Positions 48,093-52,570 of a DNA stretch of 52,570 bases are shown here, in pieces. The stretch covers positions 1-52,570 of the forward strand of contig CANITX010000003.1 of the NCBI GenBank assembly GCA_947470575.1, read 5' to 3'. The stretch's first letter is position 1. Every line of letters begins with the position of its first letter. Position numbers and translations under genes: made by a program. Source of the stretch: Rhodospirillales bacterium. GTDB lineage: Bacteria > Pseudomonadota > Alphaproteobacteria > Rhodospirillales > CAMCUA01. The notes beneath the pieces are model-generated. The model was not told the origin of the DNA. It ran no database searches and saw nothing but the letters and a program-made list of their open reading frames with translations.

Positions 48093-48965
48093 TCAGTGGG
48101 GCCGTTCGCCCTTGATCAGCGTGCGATACAGGCGCCGCTCCTGGGTCGTGTCCAGCGGATCGTAATCGTAGTTGGCCTTGTGCAGGGCGGAGCGGTTGTC
48201 CCAGATCAGCACATCGCCCAGCGACCACTGGTGGTTATAGATGTACTGCGGCTTCAGCGCGTGTTCGACCAGCTCGTCCAGCAGCTTGTGCGATTCGACC
48301 GGCGTCATGCCGACGATGTTCTCGACCCGGCCGGGGTGGAAATAGATCGCCTTCTTGCCGGTATCGGGATTGGTGCGCACCAGCGGATGGATCACCGGCT
48401 CCGGGTTGGCCGCCTTCTGCCAGGCCAGCCGGTCGGAATTGACGTTCTTCGAGGCGCTGCCGGCGATGACGTTGACCGTCTGCATGGCGTCGATGCGCTT
48501 CTTCGTCGCTTCCGGCAACGCGTCGTAGGCGGCGCGCATGTTGGCGATGCCCGTCGATCCGCCGCCGGTCTCGAACAGCTTGACGGCGTAAAGCATCGTG
48601 TACTTGGGCGGGAATTCGTGGTTGGCGTGATCGGTGTGCCAGCGCGGACCGGTATAGTTGACCGTGCCGTCCTTGTTGCGGTGATGGCTGGAGATGATGT
48701 GCACCTGCGGCAGGTCCGGCAACGAATGGGTCGAATAGTCGCGCGCCTGCGGTTCGCCGAACAGGCAGGCGGCGTCGTAGAACTGCCGCGGGCCATCGAA
48801 CGTCTGATCCTTGATGACCAGCGCGATGTTCTGAACCAGGGCTTCGTTCAGCCGGCGCTTGGTTTCCGCGTCCACCGGCTTGGACAGGTCGACGCCTCTC
48901 ACCTCGGCGCCGATGTGCTCCGAAATCTTGCGGACCTTCATGGAATCTTGGGTTCGAATTTGCAT
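48093..48965 (-). CDS. TauD/TfdA family dioxygenase
   Basis: IGAEVRGVDL, WHTDHAN and WDNRSALH; GGGAG RBS before ATG 48965. Confidence 0.92.
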   Translation of the reverse strand: MQIRTQDSMKVRKISEHIGAEVRGVDLSKPVDAETKRRLNEALVQNIALVIKDQTFDGPRQFYDAACLFGEPQARDYSTHSLPDLPQVHIISSHHRNKDGTVNYTGPRWHTDHANHEFPPKYTMLYAVKLFETGGGSTGIANMRAAYDALPEATKKRIDAMQTVNVIAGSASKNVNSDRLAWQKAANPEPVIHPLVRTNPDTGKKAIYFHPGRVENIVGMTPVESHKLLDELVEHALKPQYIYNHQWSLGDVLIWDNRSALHKANYDYDPLDTTQERRLYRTLIKGERPH

Positions 48966-49074
48966 GGACGTCTCCCTGGACGGTCGGTGGGCCTTTGCCT
49001 TGGGGGGCATGCTACTCCCGCCCATGCAAAATCGCAAAAGCCCTGTGCCAAACCGCAAAAGCCAAGCGCCGGCC

Positions 49075-50457
49075 TCAGCCCCGCTTGGCCATCCCCGCCG
49101 GCAGATTCTCTCCCGGTGCCGTTTCCATGGCTTGGGCCAGCCATTTGCGCTTCGGCCACACGACGATCGACACGACGATCAGGAACAACGCCGTCGCCCC
49201 GGCCAGGGCGATCCTGAGGCCCCACACTTCGGCCGCCAGCCCGACCGCCCAGGCGCCGACCGAAGGCCCGCCGCGGGTGCCCATCGACCACAGGCTCATC
49301 ACCCGGCCTCGCATGCTGCCGTGAATGGCGCTTTGCACCAGCACCTGGCTGCCGATGCCGTAAAATCCCATGAACATGGCCAGCACGCCGACGCTGACGA
49401 TGCCGACCCAATAATTTCCCGTCGCCGTGATCGCGAATTGGCACAGCGCCGCCAGCAGCGCCGCGCCCAGCAATAGCCGGGTCAACCCCTCGACCCGGCT
49501 GAACTTGGTCAGGAACGCCGAACCGAAGATGGCGCCCAGGCCCGCCGCCGATTGCAGCGCCGCGAAGCCGTGCACCCCGGCGCCGTAAACCCCGTCGGCC
49601 AGCCCGGCCAACAGATCGCGGTGCGAGCGCAGCACGATGTTGACCAGCAGCATGTTGAGCATGAACAGGCCCAGGCCCTCGCGGCACAGGCAATAGCGCA
49701 AGCCTTCCGCCAGGTCGGCGACGAAGCGCGAATCCTTTGCCCGCTTGGTCTCCACCGTGCGCAGCCGGATGATGCACAGCACGATCAGATAGCCGATGAA
49801 GGTCGAGCTGTTGATCAGGAACAGATAGCCGATGCTGTCGCGGTGATCGCCCATGACGGCCAGCACCAGCCCGGCCAGCGCCGGGCCCAGGAATTGCGCC
49901 AGATTGAACAGCACGGCGCCCATGCCGATGGCCGACGGCAGGTCCTCGCGCGGCACCAGATTGGCCGCCATGCTGAGCCGGATCGGCGTCCAAAAGGCCT
50001 GCGCCGTGCCATAGACCGCCATCAGCCCGATCAGGCTCCAGATCGTTACCATGTCGAACACGGTGAGCAGGCCGAAGGCGCCGGCCAGCACGATCAGCGT
50101 CGCTTGCGCCAGGCGCCCCAGCTTCAACCGGTCGCCGCGGTCCACCAGCGCCCCGAACAGCGGCAGGAAGGCCATCAGCGTTGCCGCCTCGGCCAGCGCC
50201 ACGGCGGCCAGCCAGGCATAGGATTCGGTCAGCGACCAGGCCAGCCATTGCACGCCGACCCGCTGGATCCACAATCCCATGTTGGAAACGAAGCCGGCCG
50301 GCGCGTACAGGCGGAAATCCCGGTGGCGCAAGGCGCGCAGGATTCCCCCTTCGGCGAACAGGCCGCGCGCATAGGCGACGATACGGGCGATGCTGGTTAC
50401 TCCGGGACGCGGGTGGATGTCGGTATTCTGGGCCGCGTCGTCGCCCCTGGCAACCAC
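49075..50457 (-). CDS. MFS transporter (start uncertain)
   Basis: ALRHRDFRLY, GALVDRGDR, NLAQFLGPALAG and MRGRVMS; about 12 hydrophobic segments. The nearest in-frame start is GTG 50457. Confidence 0.85.
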   Translation of the reverse strand: MVARGDDAAQNTDIHPRPGVTSIARIVAYARGLFAEGGILRALRHRDFRLYAPAGFVSNMGLWIQRVGVQWLAWSLTESYAWLAAVALAEAATLMAFLPLFGALVDRGDRLKLGRLAQATLIVLAGAFGLLTVFDMVTIWSLIGLMAVYGTAQAFWTPIRLSMAANLVPREDLPSAIGMGAVLFNLAQFLGPALAGLVLAVMGDHRDSIGYLFLINSSTFIGYLIVLCIIRLRTVETKRAKDSRFVADLAEGLRYCLCREGLGLFMLNMLLVNIVLRSHRDLLAGLADGVYGAGVHGFAALQSAAGLGAIFGSAFLTKFSRVEGLTRLLLGAALLAALCQFAITATGNYWVGIVSVGVLAMFMGFYGIGSQVLVQSAIHGSMRGRVMSLWSMGTRGGPSVGAWAVGLAAEVWGLRIALAGATALFLIVVSIVVWPKRKWLAQAMETAPGENLPAGMAKRG

Positions 50458-50495
50458 GGCGCCTCGCGCCCTTAGACCACGGCGCCGCGCGCCTC

Positions 50496-51194
50496 TCAGA
50501 CGACCGTACCGACCAGCTTGCCGATACCCGCCGTCAGCGCCATGGCCAGCGCCCCCCAGAAGGTCACCCGCAAGGTTGCCTTCCACACCACGGCGCCGCC
50601 GGCCCGCGCCCCGATCGCGCCGAGCAGCGCCAGGAACAACAGCGACGCCACCGCCACCGCCACCGCCAGATAGGCTTGCGGCGCCACCACCACCATGGCC
50701 AGCGGCATCGCCGCCCCCACCGAAAAGGTGGCGGCCGAGGTCAGCGCCGCCTGCACCGGCCGCGCCGTGGTGATTTCGGAAATGCCCAGCTCGTCGTGGG
50801 CATGCGCCCCCAGCGCGTCCTTGGCCATCATCTGATCGGCGATCTGGCGGGCCAGCCCCGTCTCGACGCCGCGCTTCACATAGATCTGCGCCAGTTCCTC
50901 GCGTTCCAACTCCGGCTGGCTGGCCAGCTCGGCCCGCTCCCGGTCCAGGTCGGCGCGTTCGGTGTCGGCCTGCGAACTGACCGACACGTATTCCCCCGCC
51001 GCCATCGACATCGCCCCCGCCACCAGCCCGGCGACGCCGGCGATCAGCACCTCCGACGTCGCCGTCGCCGCCGCCGCCACGCCGACGATCAGGCTGGCCG
51101 TCGAAACGATGCCGTCGTTGGCGCCCAGCACGGCGGCGCGCAGCCAGCCAATGCGCGACACCAGGTGGCGTTCGGAATGCAGGTGGCGCGGCAT
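50496..51194 (-). CDS. VIT1/CCC1 family metal transporter
   Basis: LRAAVLGANDGIVS, AGAMSMAAGEYVSVSSQ and HAHDELG motifs. Confidence 0.93.
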   Translation of the reverse strand: MPRHLHSERHLVSRIGWLRAAVLGANDGIVSTASLIVGVAAAATATSEVLIAGVAGLVAGAMSMAAGEYVSVSSQADTERADLDRERAELASQPELEREELAQIYVKRGVETGLARQIADQMMAKDALGAHAHDELGISEITTARPVQAALTSAATFSVGAAMPLAMVVVAPQAYLAVAVAVASLLFLALLGAIGARAGGAVVWKATLRVTFWGALAMALTAGIGKLVGTVV

Positions 51195-51369
51195 GGCGGT
51201 TCTCCGGGGTTGCGGCGGGATGGTCCCGCCATTTAACACCGCGCCCCGCCGTTGTACGAGGCGCTATTGCTGGCGATCTTCCAGGCCGCCGAGCATCTGG
51301 TCATCGTCGCGCCGGGCGATTAATCTGCGCTCCCCTCTCGCAACGGACCTCGGAAGGCTTGGATCGAAG

Positions 51370-52386
51370 ATGATGCGGATCGGCGAAGGCGCGCACGCAT
51401 ACGAATGGATCGACAACTGGGCGGTCTATCCCGACACCGGCGATGCCGCCGAAGGTTGGGTGCATCCCGGCATGGCCTTCGGTCGCGACGGCAGCATCTA
51501 CACCAGCCATCCCGGCCGTCCCGAAATCCTCGTCTACGATCGTGCCGGCAAGTTGCAGAACTCGTGGAAGGCCGATGCCGTCGAAATTCACAACCTCGTC
51601 CTGGTCGAGGAAAACGGTCGTGAATATCTTTGGGTCACCGATAACGGCGCCAAGCGGTTCAAGGACATCGGCTACGAATACCGCAAGGATTCCTCCGGCG
51701 CCGCCGGCCAGGTCCTCAAGTTCGATGTCGGCGGCACCCTGGCCCTGCGCCTCGACATGCCGGCCTTGCCCGACTACGCCGGGGCCCGTTGGTCGCCGAC
51801 CGCGGTGGCCGTCAACCAGGAACGTTTCGGCGGCAACGGCGATGTCTGGGTCGCCGACGGCTACGGCAAAAGCTACGTGCATCGCTATGACAAGGCCGGA
51901 ACCTATCTCGGATCGCTGAACGGCGAGGACGGCGCCGGCCGTTTCAGTTGCCCGCACGGTATCCTCATCGATGTTCGCAAGTCCGAACCCGAACTCTACG
52001 TCGCCGACCGGGCGAATTCCCGCGTCCAGGTCTACGATACCGCCGGCCGCTTCCGCCGCGTCTTCGGTCAGGACCATTTGAAGAAGCCGAGCTGCTTCGT
52101 GGTGGCCGGCAACGATCTGATCGTCGGCGATCTCAGCGCCCGCCTCAGCGTCTTCGACAGCGCCGACCGCTTCGTCTGCCATCTCGGCGACAATCTGCCC
52201 GTCTGCGCCCGGCCCGGCTGGCCGAACGCGCTCGACGGGCAGGGGGCCCGTGTTCGCCCCGCCGTCCTGGAAGCCGGCAAATTCAACAGCCCCCACGGGC
52301 TGACCGCCGACCCCGCCGGGAATCTCTATATCGCCGAATGGTTGATCGGCGGCCGGATGATCAAACTGAACCGCCTCGCCGCCTGA
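51370..52386 (+). CDS. NHL-repeat beta-propeller protein
   Basis: Repeated blades: VWVADGYG, FSCPHGI, LYVADRANSRVQ and FNSPHGL...GNLYIAEW. Confidence 0.82.
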   Translation: MMRIGEGAHAYEWIDNWAVYPDTGDAAEGWVHPGMAFGRDGSIYTSHPGRPEILVYDRAGKLQNSWKADAVEIHNLVLVEENGREYLWVTDNGAKRFKDIGYEYRKDSSGAAGQVLKFDVGGTLALRLDMPALPDYAGARWSPTAVAVNQERFGGNGDVWVADGYGKSYVHRYDKAGTYLGSLNGEDGAGRFSCPHGILIDVRKSEPELYVADRANSRVQVYDTAGRFRRVFGQDHLKKPSCFVVAGNDLIVGDLSARLSVFDSADRFVCHLGDNLPVCARPGWPNALDGQGARVRPAVLEAGKFNSPHGLTADPAGNLYIAEWLIGGRMIKLNRLAA

Positions 52387-52462
52387 TACCGCCAGTCCGC
52401 GGGATGCGACCTGACCGCGAGACGCCGCTCCGGCGTCTCGCTTCCGGCCGCCCCGCGTCCGC

Positions 52463-52570
52463 TTAGCGCGTCGGCACCCCGATGCCCTTCAGCCGCGTGT
52501 TGGCGCGGTCGGCCCGCGCTTTGAGGCCTTCCAGATAGGTGCTGGTGTCGTTGCCGGGCAGGTTCAGGAC
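52463..52570 (-). CDS. 3' end of an unidentified gene entering from the right edge
   Basis: Open frame ...VLNLPGNDTSTYLEGLKARADRANTRLKGIGVPTR-stop with GC3-rich codons. Confidence 0.55.
   Translation of the reverse strand, partial: VLNLPGNDTSTYLEGLKARADRANTRLKGIGVPTR

Overview
GC-rich, gene-dense bacterial chromosomal segment. Gene content and the intergenic repeat suggest an alphaproteobacterium (inference). I found no rRNA, tRNA, CRISPR array or transposase. In order: (1) a minus-strand glycan operon encoding a UDP-xylose synthase, a GalE/Uxe-type epimerase, a glycoside hydrolase-GT2 fusion, an ABC exporter and two paralogous GT-like proteins; (2) a Lin0512 pair; (3) a paralog-rich catabolic region with three orphan family-5 solute-binding proteins, five TauD/TfdA dioxygenase genes (one broken by an early amber codon), two HMG-CoA-lyase-like genes and cysD-cysNC; (4) a four-gene operon of uncharacterised cupins with Tyr in place of the motif-2 His, which shares an LTTR-type box with a convergent ABC importer; (5) AtuA/oxidoreductase/DctP genes, a VOC protein, a REP-like palindrome, an Ldh_2 dehydrogenase, a ThDP enzyme and a hydrolase; (6) egtB-egtD; (7) a Dlt-like envelope acylation module made of an adenylation/degenerate-adenylation/ACP fusion, an MBOAT, a 45-aa DltX-like peptide not called with its own start in the ORF track, and a convergent SGNH protein with a perfect CRP-type box and a probable leaderless promoter; (8) MFS, VIT1 and NHL-repeat genes. 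The best candidates for undescribed systems are the acylation module, the cupin operon and the pentose-glycan operon. All family calls come from reading motifs by eye; no database searches were run.
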